A DNA stretch of 64,000 nucleotides from Candidatus Eiseniibacteriota bacterium (GTDB lineage Bacteria; Eisenbacteria; RBG-16-71-46; SZUA-252): assembly GCA_963703225.1 (NCBI GenBank), contig OY969801.1, forward strand, positions 1,504,001 through 1,568,000, read 5' to 3'. Shown here in pieces: positions 47,011-57,248 of the stretch. The position numbers and the translations under genes are program-made. The notes below the pieces were generated by a model. The model ran no database searches and was not told the origin of the DNA. It saw nothing but the letters and a program-made list of their open reading frames with translations. How positions within the stretch are numbered: the first letter of the stretch is position 1; every line of letters begins with the position of its first letter.

Positions 47011-47813
47011 GCGACCGTGGCCCGCGGGGACGGCTCGAGGGACATCGCGAGCCGCTCGATGTGCCGGCACTTGCCGGTGGCCTCGTCGACGTCGAGATGG
47101 ACCCCGTGGAGCTTGACGTCCCCCACCGCCGGCTCGAAGCGGGTCGGCAGCAGGGTCAGGAACTTGTGGATGGCGAGCTCCTTTCGAACCCCGATGACGG
47201 AGTCGAAGGGCCCGGTCATGCCGGCGTCCGTGATATAGCCGGTTCCCTTGGGAAGGATGCGCTCGTCGGCCGTTTGAACGTGCGTGTGGGTCCCGAGCAC
47301 GGCGGAAACCCTTCCGTCGAGGTACCACGCGAGCGCCATCTTCTCCGCTGTCGCCTCGGCGTGGAAGTCGAGGAGCACGATGGTCGCTTCCTCCCGGAGC
47401 TTCGCCACCTCCTGGTCCGCGACGCGGAAGGGGCACTCCAGCTCCCGCATGAATACCCTGCCCATGAGATTGAGCACGCCCACCTTGACGCCATCCCGGG
47501 TCGTGAAAACGCGCGACCCCGTGCCGGGAACGCCCGGCGGGTAGTTGTGAGGCCGCAGGAGGAGCGGCTCCTCATTCAGGAGCGGCATCGATTCGCGGCG
47601 GTCCCAGATATGGTTCCCGCTCGTCATGCACTCCACGCCGAGGCCCTTCAGCTCCTCGAGAATGTCCTTCGTCACGCCGAATCCGGCCGCCGCGTTCTCG
47701 ACGTTGGCGACGACAAAATCGATCCCCATCGACGAGACGATCTCGGGCATGAGGTCCCGCACCGCCTTCCGGCCGGGGGAGCCGTAGATGTCCGCGATGA
47801 AGAGAATGTTCAT
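47007..47813 (-). CDS. ymdB: YmdB/TIGR00282 metallophosphoesterase
   Basis: 'NVENAAAGFG', 'TSGNHIWD', 'DFHAEATAEK', 'GTHTHVQTAD', 'DAGMTG'; directly downstream of rny. Confidence 0.93.
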   Translation of the reverse strand: MNILFIADIYGSPGRKAVRDLMPEIVSSMGIDFVVANVENAAAGFGVTKDILEELKGLGVECMTSGNHIWDRRESMPLLNEEPLLLRPHNYPPGVPGTGSRVFTTRDGVKVGVLNLMGRVFMRELECPFRVADQEVAKLREEATIVLLDFHAEATAEKMALAWYLDGRVSAVLGTHTHVQTADERILPKGTGYITDAGMTGPFDSVIGVRKELAIHKFLTLLPTRFEPAVGDVKLHGVHLDVDEATGKCRHIERLAMSLEPSPRATVA

Positions 47814-47817
47814 GGCG

Positions 47818-49386
47818 CTACTTGGCATACTCCATGGCACGGGTCTCCCGGATCACGACGACCTTGATCTGCCCGGGATACTGGAGCTCCCGCTCGACCC
47901 GCCGCGCGACGTCGGCGGCCAGCTGTACGGCGCGGGCGTCGTCGATGTTCTTCGGCTCGACCATGATCCGAACCTCCCGCCCCGCCTGGATCGCGTACGA
48001 CTTCTCCACGCCGGGGAAGCTGTCGGCGATCTTCTCGAGCGCCTCGAGCCGCTTCACGTAGTTCTCGATGCTCTCGCGGCGCGCCCCGGGCCGAGCCCCC
48101 GAAATGGCGTCCGAGGCCATGACGAGCACCGCGTAGAGGTTCTCCGCGGTCGGATCGTGATGGTGGTAGCCGACGGCCCGGACGACCTCCTCCGGCTCGC
48201 CGTACTTCCGCGCGTAGTCCATGGAGATCTGTGCGTGGGCTCCCTCGACCTCGTGGGTGACAGCCTTGCCCAAGTCGTGGAGCAATCCCGCGCGCTTGGC
48301 GAGCTGGACGTCGAACCCGAGCTGGGCCGCCATGATGCCGCAGATCCAGGCCACCTCCTTCGAATGCTGGAGGATGTTCTGGCCGTAGGAGGTCCGGTAT
48401 TGGAGCCTTCCGAGGAGCTTCACGATCTCGGGGTGCATCGAGTGGACGCCCACCTCGAGGACGGCCGCCTCCCCCAGCTCGATGATCTGCTCCTCGACCT
48501 CCTTCTGCACCTTGGCGACGATCTCCTCGATTCGCGCGGGGTGGATCCGCCCGTCGGTCACCAGCTTCTGGAGCGACCTCTTGGCGATCTCCCGGCGAAC
48601 CGGATCGAACCCGGAGAGAATGACCGCCTCCGGCGTGTCGTCGATGATGACGTCGATTCCGGTCACCGTTTCGAAGGCGCGGATGTTCCTCCCTTCGCGC
48701 CCGATGATTCTCCCCTTCATCTCGTCGTTCGGAAGGTGGACCACCGAGACGGTCGTCTCGGCTGAGTGGTCGGCCGCGCATCGCTGGATGGCCAGCGTCA
48801 CGATCTCGCGGGCTTCCTTCTCCGAATTCCGGTTGGTCTCCTCGCGGATTTCCTGGAGCCGCTTGGCCGCCTCGGCCTTCGCCTCGTTCTCCAAGTTCGC
48901 GATCAGTTGGGCCTTGGCTTCGTCGGCGGTCATGCCGCTGATCCGCTGGAGCCTCGCGTTCTGCTCCCCCAGGACGCGGGCGAGCTCTCGGTCTCGCTCC
49001 GCGAGGGACTCCCCTTTCACTTCAAGCTCCCGCTCGAGCCGTTTGAGATCGCGCTCCTTCTTGTCGAGAACCTCCGCGCGTCGATTGAGATTCGATTCCA
49101 GCTCTTGAAGCTTTCGCTCCTCGCGCTGGATCTCGGACTTCTGCCCCTGGACCTCCCGGTCCAGCTTTGCCTTTTCCCGGAACCACTCGTCCTTGGCTTC
49201 TAGGAGCGCGCTCTTCTTCTGATTCTCGGCTTCCCTCTCCGCCTCGCGAACGATTTTCGTCGCGAGCTGCTCGGCGTTGTAAACCTTGCCTTCTCCGATT
49301 CGCCGATGCGCGATCCAGCCGAGGAGAAACGCGACGGCCGCGGTCGCGATCGCGATCAACAACACAATCCACGGGGTCAATGTCAT
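47818..49386 (-). CDS. rny: Ribonuclease Y
   Basis: N-terminal TM, coiled coil, KH 'KGRIIGREGRNIR', HD 'LLHDLGK', 'DAISGARPGARRE'. Confidence 0.97.
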   Translation of the reverse strand: MTLTPWIVLLIAIATAAVAFLLGWIAHRRIGEGKVYNAEQLATKIVREAEREAENQKKSALLEAKDEWFREKAKLDREVQGQKSEIQREERKLQELESNLNRRAEVLDKKERDLKRLERELEVKGESLAERDRELARVLGEQNARLQRISGMTADEAKAQLIANLENEAKAEAAKRLQEIREETNRNSEKEAREIVTLAIQRCAADHSAETTVSVVHLPNDEMKGRIIGREGRNIRAFETVTGIDVIIDDTPEAVILSGFDPVRREIAKRSLQKLVTDGRIHPARIEEIVAKVQKEVEEQIIELGEAAVLEVGVHSMHPEIVKLLGRLQYRTSYGQNILQHSKEVAWICGIMAAQLGFDVQLAKRAGLLHDLGKAVTHEVEGAHAQISMDYARKYGEPEEVVRAVGYHHHDPTAENLYAVLVMASDAISGARPGARRESIENYVKRLEALEKIADSFPGVEKSYAIQAGREVRIMVEPKNIDDARAVQLAADVARRVERELQYPGQIKVVVIRETRAMEYAK

Positions 49387-49409
49387 GGGAATAGCCTCCC
49401 TATATAAAA

Positions 49410-49591
49410 AAGCGCCCCGCCGTTGCCGTGGGTACGAGACTTTTGAACCTGGAGATTCCAGGTGGGTGCCCTATTCCCGGGTTCGCGTCGCCCGCGTGAA
49501 GCGGGCCATCACTCCGCCGGTAGTTCGAGCCCCCGACTTTCGAGTTGTGGCTCAAAAATGTCTGGCACATCACGAGCATGGCAGGGTGCCG
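49410..49591 (-). ncRNA. ssrS: 6S RNA
   Basis: Typical position between zapA and rny; ends pair (GCACCCTGCC / GGCGGGGCGC), TTGAGCC / GGTTCAA pairing, CACCCACCTG motif, T run at 3' end; boundaries approximate. Confidence 0.85.
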
Positions 49592-49664
49592 TTAGCAGCC
49601 ATTGGTTTGGTTCGCTCTCTTCGATAATCCTCCGGGTATCGGGGTGGCGTCGCCGGTGATCGAT

Positions 49665-49958
49665 TTAGCTTCCGCGCAGTGACTCGCCCAGGACCTTTCC
49701 CAGCTCTTTGGCCCGGTCCCTCAGCTCGTTGTCCCGATGCGTCCGCTCTTCCCGTTCGCGGAACAGCTCGTCCGCGATGTTGAGCGAGGCTAGGATCGCG
49801 AGCTTGGTTTGGGTTCCGGCCGGGAGACGCTGTTCCAGTTCGCGCATCTTCCCGTCCACATAGGCGGCAACCACTTGGATGTAATCGGGATCAGCACCGC
49901 GAATCTTGTACTCGCTGCCGAAGATCGTCACGCTTTGCGTGTTCGGTTCGGTCGTCAT
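49665..49958 (-). CDS. zapA: Cell division protein ZapA
   Basis: 'VTIFGSEYKI...VAAYVDGKM...LAILASLNIADELF'. Confidence 0.93.
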   Translation of the reverse strand: MTTEPNTQSVTIFGSEYKIRGADPDYIQVVAAYVDGKMRELEQRLPAGTQTKLAILASLNIADELFREREERTHRDNELRDRAKELGKVLGESLRGS

Positions 49959-50028
49959 CGCGATCCCTCAGATCGATCGTCCCTGCAACGGCCCGAGTCC
50001 CGGAGCGACCCGGTTGGACCGTCTTCCG

Positions 50029-50313
50029 TCAAGCGTGGACCGCTTTCTGCAGCACGTCCAGCTTGGCCAGCATCTCTTCTACCCTTCGCGCCACGGCTCG
50101 GCGCTCATCCAGAAGCGAGCTCCGCTCCTCCTCCAGTGCCTTCAATCGAGGCTTGAGGTCATCCTGCTTTGCCGCGGCCGGCTCCATCTTTCGAACCCGC
50201 TCCTTGAGCGCCGCGTTCTCGGCCTCCAGCAGCCGCTTCTCTTCCTTGAGCCGCGCCAAAAGCCCGGTCGCGGCCCGAATCTTCTCCTCGAGCTGATCCA
50301 ACTCGACCATCAT
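50029..50313 (-). CDS. zapB: Coiled-coil protein, ZapB-like
   Basis: 'LDQLEEKI...L..EN..L...RVEEMLAKL'; lies between pheT and zapA. Confidence 0.7.
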   Translation of the reverse strand: MMVELDQLEEKIRAATGLLARLKEEKRLLEAENAALKERVRKMEPAAAKQDDLKPRLKALEEERSSLLDERRAVARRVEEMLAKLDVLQKAVHA

Positions 50314-50316
50314 GAC

Positions 50317-52741
50317 TCACTCCTCCGGACCCGACCGGACGGGCGCTCCGCGCACCACCGCGCCAAACGTGGCGCCGAGGGCGCGAAGGATCGAGTGGAT
50401 CGACGCGTCGACCTCCTGATCCTCGAGCGTCCGATCGGGAGCGCGAAATTCCAAGGCGTACGCCATGCTCTTATGGCCCGCCCCGATCGAACTCCCTTCA
50501 AAGACGTCGAATAGCTGAACCTGGCTCAGAAGCGCGCCGCCCGCCTCGCGAATCGTCCGATCGAGTTCCGCGTGCGGCGTTTCCTTCGGCACGATGACGG
50601 CAATGTCCCGCTTGGAGACGGGATATCGCGGGATCGCCCGATACCGCCGCCCCGCCGGCGCCTGCTCCGCCAAAGCCGCGACGTCGAAAATCGCGGCCCA
50701 TGCGGGCCGGTCGAGCCCGAGCGCCGCCCCAAGGGCCGGCGCCACTTCGCCGAAGTGTCCCAGGCGCCGCTCCGCGACCTCGAACGAGGCTCCGGTTCCG
50801 CGCTTCCAACAAGGATCATGGTAGGCGGCGGTCCGGGACGAGTCAATTCCCAATGCCTCGAGCAGCGCCTCCGCCGCGCCCTTGAGCTCGAGAAAGCGGT
50901 CCTCGTCCCGACCCGGGTGATCCCAATCTTCAGCGACCCCGGTCAGCAGCATCGCGGCTTCGTATCGCTCGGAACCCAGTGGGGGCGGGACCGCTCGAAA
51001 CACCTTTCCGACTTCGGTCAAGCGGACGTCGCCCACGCCGTGGTGCACGTTTCTGGCGGCCGCGTGAATCAACCCGGGGAGAAGGCCTACCCGCAGGTGT
51101 TTCAGCTCCCGGCTCATCGGATTTTGAAGCTCCCAGATCTCTTCGATCTTGATTCCTCCCAGAGCCTCGGCCGGGATCTCTCCGACCAGGCACGTATTCA
51201 ACGCTTGGTTAAATCCAAGCCCACAAGCGACGTCGACTAAATGCGTTACGAGGCGCTCGCTCGCCCCTCTATCGAGAGGCGGCGCGGCGGAGACGCGCAG
51301 CCGGCCCGGGATGCTGGCGTATCCGACAACACGGGCCACCTCCTCGATGAGGTCTTCCTCGATCTCAATGTCCAGTCGGTAGGAAGGGGCGCGAAAGCGC
51401 GCGACCGAGTCTCCATCCCTCCGAGCCCAGGCGCCCACCATTTCGATCCCCAGGGAACGCAGGGCGCGCGTCGCGTTCTCTTCGTCGACGGCGAGGCCGA
51501 GAAGGGCGCCCAGGCGGCGGTGGGAGAGCTCGATCGACGGCTGCTCCGAGCGTCCCGGCCACTGATCCACGCGCTTCGCGGAGACATCGCCCCCCGCGAT
51601 CTCGGCCAAGATCCGGGCCGTCGCGTCGAGCGCGTCCGCGACACCTTCGGGATCCACCCCCTGGGAGAATCGCTCCGCCGCGTCGCTCAGGATCCCGAGG
51701 GAGCGGGCGGTCTCCTTGGTCAGCGACGGGCTGAATTGCGCGGATTCGAGAACGACCGCCACCGTCGCGTCGGAAACCCCGGACTCCAGGCCCCCCATCA
51801 CCCCCGCCAGCGCCATCGGCCGCGCTTGGTCTGCGATCACGAGGTGGGACGGCTGAAGGGTGACGTCCCGGCCGTCGAGGAGACGCAAACGCTCGCCCTG
51901 CCGGGCGCGCCGCACGTGGATCGAGTTCCCTCCCACCTTGGAGGCGTCGAAGGCGTGGATCGGCTGTCCGAATTCGCGGAGCACGTAGTTCGTGGCGTCG
52001 ACGACGTTGTTGATGCTTCGAAAGCCCGCCGCTTCCAGGCGCTGACTCGAGCCAGGACGGCGACGGACCGACGCGAATCCCCCGCACCACGCGCGCCATG
52101 TACCGAGGGCAATCGGCCGCGTTCTCGATCGTCACCTGAGGCAAGGGGGCCATCCCCTCCGCGCGAAGCGGCCGCATCGGCTTCACCACCGACCCGCGGG
52201 CCGACGCGATTTCCCGCGCGAGGCCCCGCACGGACGCGCAGTCGGTGCGATTGGACGTGATCTCGACGTCGAGGGTGGTGTCGCTCGACCCGAGGAGCGC
52301 CGCGACCGGCGTGCCGATGCCCGGCTCGCCCGGAAGGACCCAAATCCCCTGCGATTCCTCGCTCAGCCCCAGCTCCCGCTCCGAACAGATCATTCCCTCG
52401 GACTCCACGCCGCGGATCTTGGTCCGGCGCAGTTTGGTCCCGTCCGGGAGGTGGGCACCGACCTGGGCGACCGCGACGCGCTGGCCGGCCGCGACATTGG
52501 GGGCGCCGCAGACGATCGAGAGGCGCGCGGAGCCGATGTCCACTTGGCAGAGGGTCAGCCGATCCGCATTCGGGTGGCGGGCTGCCTCCACGACCTGCCC
52601 GACGATGATGGCCGGATCGAGCGACTTGCCTGGCGTGAGCGACTGCACGGGAAAGCCCCGCATGGCGAGGAGATGGGCCAGCTCCTCCGGCTCGCCGGGG
52701 AGGTCGACCCAATCGCTAAGCCAGGTCCATGTCAGTTTCAC
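50317..52741 (-). CDS. pheT: Phenylalanyl-tRNA synthetase beta subunit (apparent extra base near 52048)
   Basis: 'HPNADRL...CGAPNV...RGVESEGMICS', 'ITSNRTD'; after the shift 'INNVVDATNYV..GQPIHAFD', 'EDLIEEVAR', FDX-ACB 'RDIA...FDVFEG'. Confidence 0.95.
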
Positions 52742-52750
52742 GCGGATCCC

Positions 52751-53764
52751 TCAGAATTGGCGGAGGAAGCGAATATCGTTTTCGAAAAAGAGGCGCAGGT
52801 CGGGTACGCCGTGTCGGAGCATGATGAGCCTCTCGATCCCGCCTCCGAAGGCGAATCCCGTCCAGCGGCGGGGGTCGTAGCCCACCGCGCGAAAGACGTT
52901 CGGGTGGACCATCCCAGCGCCGAGCACCTCCAGCCATCCTCCCGAGAGCGGGCCGCAGACCGAGCAGCCCTTTCCCGAGCAGAAGAAGCACCGGACGTCG
53001 ACGACGGCGCCTGGCTCGACAAAGGGGTAGTACGAAGGGGCGAATCGGGTCTCTGTCTTCGGCCCGAAGAAGTCCTTGAAGAATCGGTCGAGGGTTCCCT
53101 TCAGGTCGGCCATGCTCACGTCTTCGTCGACGTAGAGCCCCTCGATCTGATGGAATTCGAAATGGTGGGTGGCGTCGATCGCCTCGTTCCGATACGCCCG
53201 CCCGGGACAGATCAGCCGCACCGGCGGCGGGGTCTTCTCCATCACCCGAACCTGCACCGAGGACGTGTGGGCGCGGAGGAGCACGTCCGGCCTCAGGTAG
53301 AACGTGTCGGTGGCCGCCCGGGCCGGGTGCCCCGGGGGCATGTTGAGCGCCGTGAAATTGTGCCGGTCATCCTCCACGTCCGGCCCCGAGGCCACGCTGA
53401 AGCCGAGCCCATGGAAGATCTGCTCGATCTCCTCGATGACGGAATGGATGAGGTGATGGTGGCCGATCGGGGGGCGGCGTCCGGGGAGCGTGATGTCGCG
53501 ACGCACGTCGTCGCTCGAGATCGACCGAAGGCGCGCTTCCGCTTCCGAAAGGAGCGACTCGAGCCGGACCTTGGCTTCGTTGGCGCGCGCGCCCGCTTCG
53601 GCCCGCGATCGGGGATCGAGGTCCTTGAGACCCCGGAGAATCTGGGTCAGCTCGCTCTTGCGGCCCAGATAGCGAACGCGCGCCGCTTCGAGCTCCGAGG
53701 CCGTGGCGGCCCCGGATAACGCGCGCTCTCCCTCGGCACGGAGGGCGTCAATCCGCTCGATCAC
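52751..53764 (-). CDS. pheS: Phenylalanyl-tRNA synthetase alpha subunit
   Basis: 'HPARA..DTFY', 'LRAHTSSVQ', 'FHQIEG', 'YPFVEP', 'GAGMVHP', 'FAFG.G.ER'. Confidence 0.97.
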   Translation of the reverse strand: MIERIDALRAEGERALSGAATASELEAARVRYLGRKSELTQILRGLKDLDPRSRAEAGARANEAKVRLESLLSEAEARLRSISSDDVRRDITLPGRRPPIGHHHLIHSVIEEIEQIFHGLGFSVASGPDVEDDRHNFTALNMPPGHPARAATDTFYLRPDVLLRAHTSSVQVRVMEKTPPPVRLICPGRAYRNEAIDATHHFEFHQIEGLYVDEDVSMADLKGTLDRFFKDFFGPKTETRFAPSYYPFVEPGAVVDVRCFFCSGKGCSVCGPLSGGWLEVLGAGMVHPNVFRAVGYDPRRWTGFAFGGGIERLIMLRHGVPDLRLFFENDIRFLRQF

Positions 53765-53779
53765 GGGCAGATGATTCGG

Positions 53780-54142
53780 CTAGGCCGCGGCGTGCGCTTG
53801 TTTGGCTACCTCGGCCAGGCGGGCAAAAGCCTGGTTGTCGCGGACGGCTAGGTCGGCAAGCACTTTCCGATCAATCTCGACCTGAGCCGATTTGAGGCCC
53901 CGGATGAAGGCGTTGTAGGAAAGTCCGTGGAGCCTCGCCGCGGCGTTGATCCGGACGATCCAGAGTTTGCGGAATTCGCGCTTCTTGGCCCGGCGGTCGC
54001 GGTAGGCGAATTGGAGGCTCCGCATGAGCGTCTCGCGGGCCGTCTGATAGAGCTTCCGGCGGCCGCCGCGGTTTCCCTTCGCCGCGACCATGACCTTGCG
54101 GCGGCGCTTGCGACCCGGAACAACCGTCTTTGTGCGTGGCAT
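53780..54142 (-). CDS. rplT: 50S ribosomal protein L20
   Basis: '[23 protein letters not shown]...[10 protein letters not shown]'. Confidence 0.98.
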   Translation of the reverse strand: MPRTKTVVPGRKRRRKVMVAAKGNRGGRRKLYQTARETLMRSLQFAYRDRRAKKREFRKLWIVRINAAARLHGLSYNAFIRGLKSAQVEIDRKVLADLAVRDNQAFARLAEVAKQAHAAA

Positions 54143-54178
54143 CGTTCGTACCTCAGGTGGCGGCCGAAGCCGTGGAGG

Positions 54179-54379
54179 TCAGCCGCCGTAGGGTAGGAGC
54201 TTTTGAATGTGACGGCGCTCGGTCGATTCCGTGATCGCCGAGGCGTTGAGACGGCGCTTCCGCTTCCGTGATTTCAATCCGAGATGGTGTCGCGCGAACG
54301 CGTGCCCGCGCTTCACCTTTCCGGTGCCGGTCCGCTTGAACCGCTTCGCGGCGGCCCGGCTTGTCTTCATCTTGGGCAT
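54179..54379 (-). CDS. rpmI: 50S ribosomal protein L35
   Basis: 'MPKMKTSRAAAKRFKRTGTGK'. Confidence 0.98.
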   Translation of the reverse strand: MPKMKTSRAAAKRFKRTGTGKVKRGHAFARHHLGLKSRKRKRRLNASAITESTERRHIQKLLPYGG

Positions 54380-54387
54380 CGTGGCTC

Positions 54388-54981
54388 CTAGGGTTTCGGC
54401 GCCGGGCGCTTGGCCGGTGCCGCGCTTGCAACCGTCTGCGGCTTCTTCTCAGGCGGACGTCCGGTCGTGGGCTTGGGCACCATCAGAAGCACCATGCTCC
54501 GGCCCTCCATCCGCGCCGGAATCTCGACCTGGCCCACCGCCTCGAGGTCCTTCACGACGCGCTCGAGGATGCGATGGCCGGCCTCCGGATGGGCCAATTC
54601 CCGCCCTCGAAACGTCACGGTGAATTTGACCTTGTCGTGCAGCTCGAGGAAACGCCGGCCGTGTTCCACCTTGAAGGCGTAGTCGTGGGCCTCGATCTTC
54701 GGACGAAGCTTCACTTCCTTGAGGTGCGTGACGTGCTGCTTTCGCTTCGCTTTCTGCTGCTTCTTGTTCTGCTCGTACTTGAACTTCCCGAAGTCCATCA
54801 CCCGGCAGACGGGAGGCTTGGCCGTCGGCGAAACCTCGACCAAGTCCAGCTGGCGCTCCTGCGCGTACGCCAGTGCCTCTCTGATTCCCAGGATTCCCAC
54901 CTGCTCCCCGTCGGGCCCGATGACGCGAACCGACGGGATCCGGATGCGATCGTTGACCCGGACTTCCTTGGTTGCGGCGAT
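54388..54981 (-). CDS. infC: Translation initiation factor IF-3 (probable non-canonical ATC start)
   Basis: 'RVNDRIR...DLVEVSP...PPVCRVMDFGKFKYE...KEVKLRPKI'; AGGAGG 9 nt upstream of in-frame ATC 54981. Confidence 0.95.
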   Translation of the reverse strand: MAATKEVRVNDRIRIPSVRVIGPDGEQVGILGIREALAYAQERQLDLVEVSPTAKPPVCRVMDFGKFKYEQNKKQQKAKRKQHVTHLKEVKLRPKIEAHDYAFKVEHGRRFLELHDKVKFTVTFRGRELAHPEAGHRILERVVKDLEAVGQVEIPARMEGRSMVLLMVPKPTTGRPPEKKPQTVASAAPAKRPAPKP

Positions 54982-55017
54982 AGTCTCTTCCCTCCTCGTG
55001 TCAGGGGAACGCGCGTC

Positions 55018-55165
55018 TGGCAGGAGCCCGGCTCGGGCGGAAATCGGCGGGGGGCGCATGGGCACCTTACCCGCGGCGTGGCCCCGCTTTCGCGAAGGCG
55101 CTTCGCCTCAAAAACCCCGGTAGCGTTGCGCCTCGGGGTGAGAAGCCGGTGGCTCCTGCTTAAAC
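55018..55165 (-). promoter_or_regulatory. L20-leader-like structured RNA upstream of infC-rpmI-rplT
   Basis: 'AAGCAGGAGCCACCGGCTTCTCACC' resembles the L20 leader 5' motif and pairs long-range with 'AGCCGGGCTCCTGC'. Confidence 0.6.
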
Positions 55166-55182
55166 CTCAACGACGCCGGAGT

Positions 55183-57099
55183 CTACGATCTCGCGGCGAT
55201 CTCGGCAACGAGTTTTTCCACGAAGGCTTCGAGCGGGACGCTTCCCTCGTTGCCCTTCTTCCGGCTCCGGACCGAGACCGCCCGGTTCTCCACTTCCTGC
55301 CGTCCCAGGACCAGCATGTAGGGGATCTTGAGCATCTCGGCGTCCCGGATCTTGGCCCCCATCTTCTCCTCGCGAAGATCGGCTTCGACCCGGATGCCGC
55401 GGTCCAAGAGCAGCTTTCGGATCTCCTCGGCATAGGGAATCTGGGCGTCCGCGATCGTGATCAGCTGGACCTGGACGGGGGCGATCCAGACCGGGAAGTC
55501 CCCGCCGAAGTGTTCGATCAAGGTCGCGAAGAACCGCTCCATGGAGCCCAGGAGCGCCCTGTGGATCATGTAGACGGGATGGTCCTGCCCGTCCGGGCCG
55601 ACGTAGCGGACCTCAAAACGGCGCGGCAGGTTGAAATCGAACTGGATGGTCGAGCACTGCCACGGGCGGCCCAGGGCATCGGTCAGCTTGATATCGATCT
55701 TGGGCCCGTAGAAAACCGCCTCCCCCTCCGCGCGGTGGTACTGGAGCCCGGAGCGCTCCACCACGCGCTGGAGCGCGCCCTCGGCCAGCTCCCATTCCTC
55801 GTCGGAGCCGAGGTAGTCCTGCTTCCGCTTGGGATCCCGCACGCTCAGGTCTACCTGGTACTGATGGAAGCCGAAGGTGTCGAGCATGAACCGCGCGAAG
55901 CCGAGGACTCCCTCCAGCTCGGTCTCCACCTGCTCCGGAGTGCAGAACAGGTGCGCGTCGTCCTGCGTGAATCCCCGAACGCGGGCCAGCCCATGGAGCA
56001 CGCCCGATTTCTCGTACCGGTAGACGGTGCCCAGCTCCGCGATCCGGATCGGCAGCTCCCGGTAGGAGTGCTTCTTCCGCTGGTAGATCAGCACGTGGAA
56101 CGGACAGTTCATCGGCTTCAGCACGTACTCTTTGCGATCGATTTCCAGGAAGTACATGTTGTCGCGGTAAAAGTCGGTGTGTCCCGAGCGCTGCCAGAGA
56201 TCGACCTGGGCGATGTGGGGCGTGGTCACCAGGGTGTAGCCCCGCTTCAAGTGCTCCGATTTCCAGAATTCCTCGATCACGCCCCGCATGGCGGTCCCGT
56301 GCGGGTGCCAGAAGATGAGGCCGCCGCCGGCCTCCTCCTGAACGCTGTAGAGGTCGAGCGCGGCGCCGACTTTCCGGTGATCCCGGAGCTTGGCCTGCTC
56401 GATGCGGTTCAAGTGCTCCTTCAGCGCCTCCTTGGTCGGGAACGCCGTCCCGTAGATGCGCTGAAGCATCGGTCTCGAGGAGTCGCCCCGCCAGTACGCG
56501 CCGGCAACGCTCAGGAGCTTGAAATGACGGAGCATCTTGGTCCGCGGCACGTGGGGCCCGCGGCAGAGGTCGGTAAAGAAGGAGTGTGTGTAGGTGCTGA
56601 CCTTGGGATCGGGGATGCCCTCGATCAGCTCCACCTTGAAGGGCTCGTTCTCCTCGCGGAACTTTCGGAGCGCCTCCTCCCGGCCCAACTCCCCGCGCTG
56701 GAACTGGTGGTTCTCGTCCGCGATGGTGTGCATCCACTCTTCGATCCGCGCGAGGTCCTCCGGCTGAAATGGCCGGTCGACCTGGAAGTCGTAGTAAAAG
56801 CCCTCATCGATGGCGGGGCCGATGGCGAGCTTTGCCTCCGGGAAGAGCTTCACCACGGCCGAGGCCATGAGGTGCGAGGTGGAGTGGCGGAGAACCGCGA
56901 GCCCTTCGGGTGCTTCCACCGGGACGAATTCCACCCGCCCCGACTCGTGGATCGGGGTGTGGAAATCCACGATCCTGCCGTTCAGCCTGGCCGCGACCCC
57001 GAGGCGAAAACCCTCCTGGTATTGCCCGTGGAGGATGGCGCCGAGCGTGCTGCCCTCGTCCGCCTTGAGACTGCGGCCGTCGATCTGGAGTTCAATCAT
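55183..57099 (-). CDS. thrS: Threonyl-tRNA synthetase
   Basis: TGS domain, 'RHSTSH', 'DLCRGPH', 'RDHRK', 'KPMNCP', 'RVRGFTQDDAH', 'FYGPKID'; ATG 57099. Confidence 0.97.
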   Translation of the reverse strand: MIELQIDGRSLKADEGSTLGAILHGQYQEGFRLGVAARLNGRIVDFHTPIHESGRVEFVPVEAPEGLAVLRHSTSHLMASAVVKLFPEAKLAIGPAIDEGFYYDFQVDRPFQPEDLARIEEWMHTIADENHQFQRGELGREEALRKFREENEPFKVELIEGIPDPKVSTYTHSFFTDLCRGPHVPRTKMLRHFKLLSVAGAYWRGDSSRPMLQRIYGTAFPTKEALKEHLNRIEQAKLRDHRKVGAALDLYSVQEEAGGGLIFWHPHGTAMRGVIEEFWKSEHLKRGYTLVTTPHIAQVDLWQRSGHTDFYRDNMYFLEIDRKEYVLKPMNCPFHVLIYQRKKHSYRELPIRIAELGTVYRYEKSGVLHGLARVRGFTQDDAHLFCTPEQVETELEGVLGFARFMLDTFGFHQYQVDLSVRDPKRKQDYLGSDEEWELAEGALQRVVERSGLQYHRAEGEAVFYGPKIDIKLTDALGRPWQCSTIQFDFNLPRRFEVRYVGPDGQDHPVYMIHRALLGSMERFFATLIEHFGGDFPVWIAPVQVQLITIADAQIPYAEEIRKLLLDRGIRVEADLREEKMGAKIRDAEMLKIPYMLVLGRQEVENRAVSVRSRKKGNEGSVPLEAFVEKLVAEIAARS

Positions 57100-57134
57100 G
57101 GGATGGGGATTCTTCCGTTTCAGTCCGGATGAGG

Positions 57135-57211
57135 TGGTGGGCGATAGAGGACTTGAACCTCTGACCTCCTGCATGTCAAGCAGGCACTCTAACCAGCTGA
57201 GCTAATCGCCC
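57135..57211 (-). tRNA. tRNA-Val(GAC), CCA encoded
   Basis: GGGCGAT acceptor stem, CCTGC-TTGACAT-GCAGG anticodon arm, GTTCAAGTC, ACCA. Confidence 0.97.
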
Positions 57212-57248
57212 GTCATTTCAATTGTTGGCGCATAACAGCCGTCGGGCG

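Noticed and set aside
52040..52055. Programmed frameshift or split pheT
   Set aside because: No slippery sequence at the site; a single extra base in an essential gene, with similar indels elsewhere, points to sequence error.
52955..52992. CxxC...CxxC motif in PheS as a novel insertion
   Set aside because: A common feature of many bacterial PheS proteins.
54361..57132. 923-aa plus-strand ORF
   Set aside because: Antisense shadow of thrS/infC with no recognisable motifs; long stop-free antisense frames are expected at this GC content.
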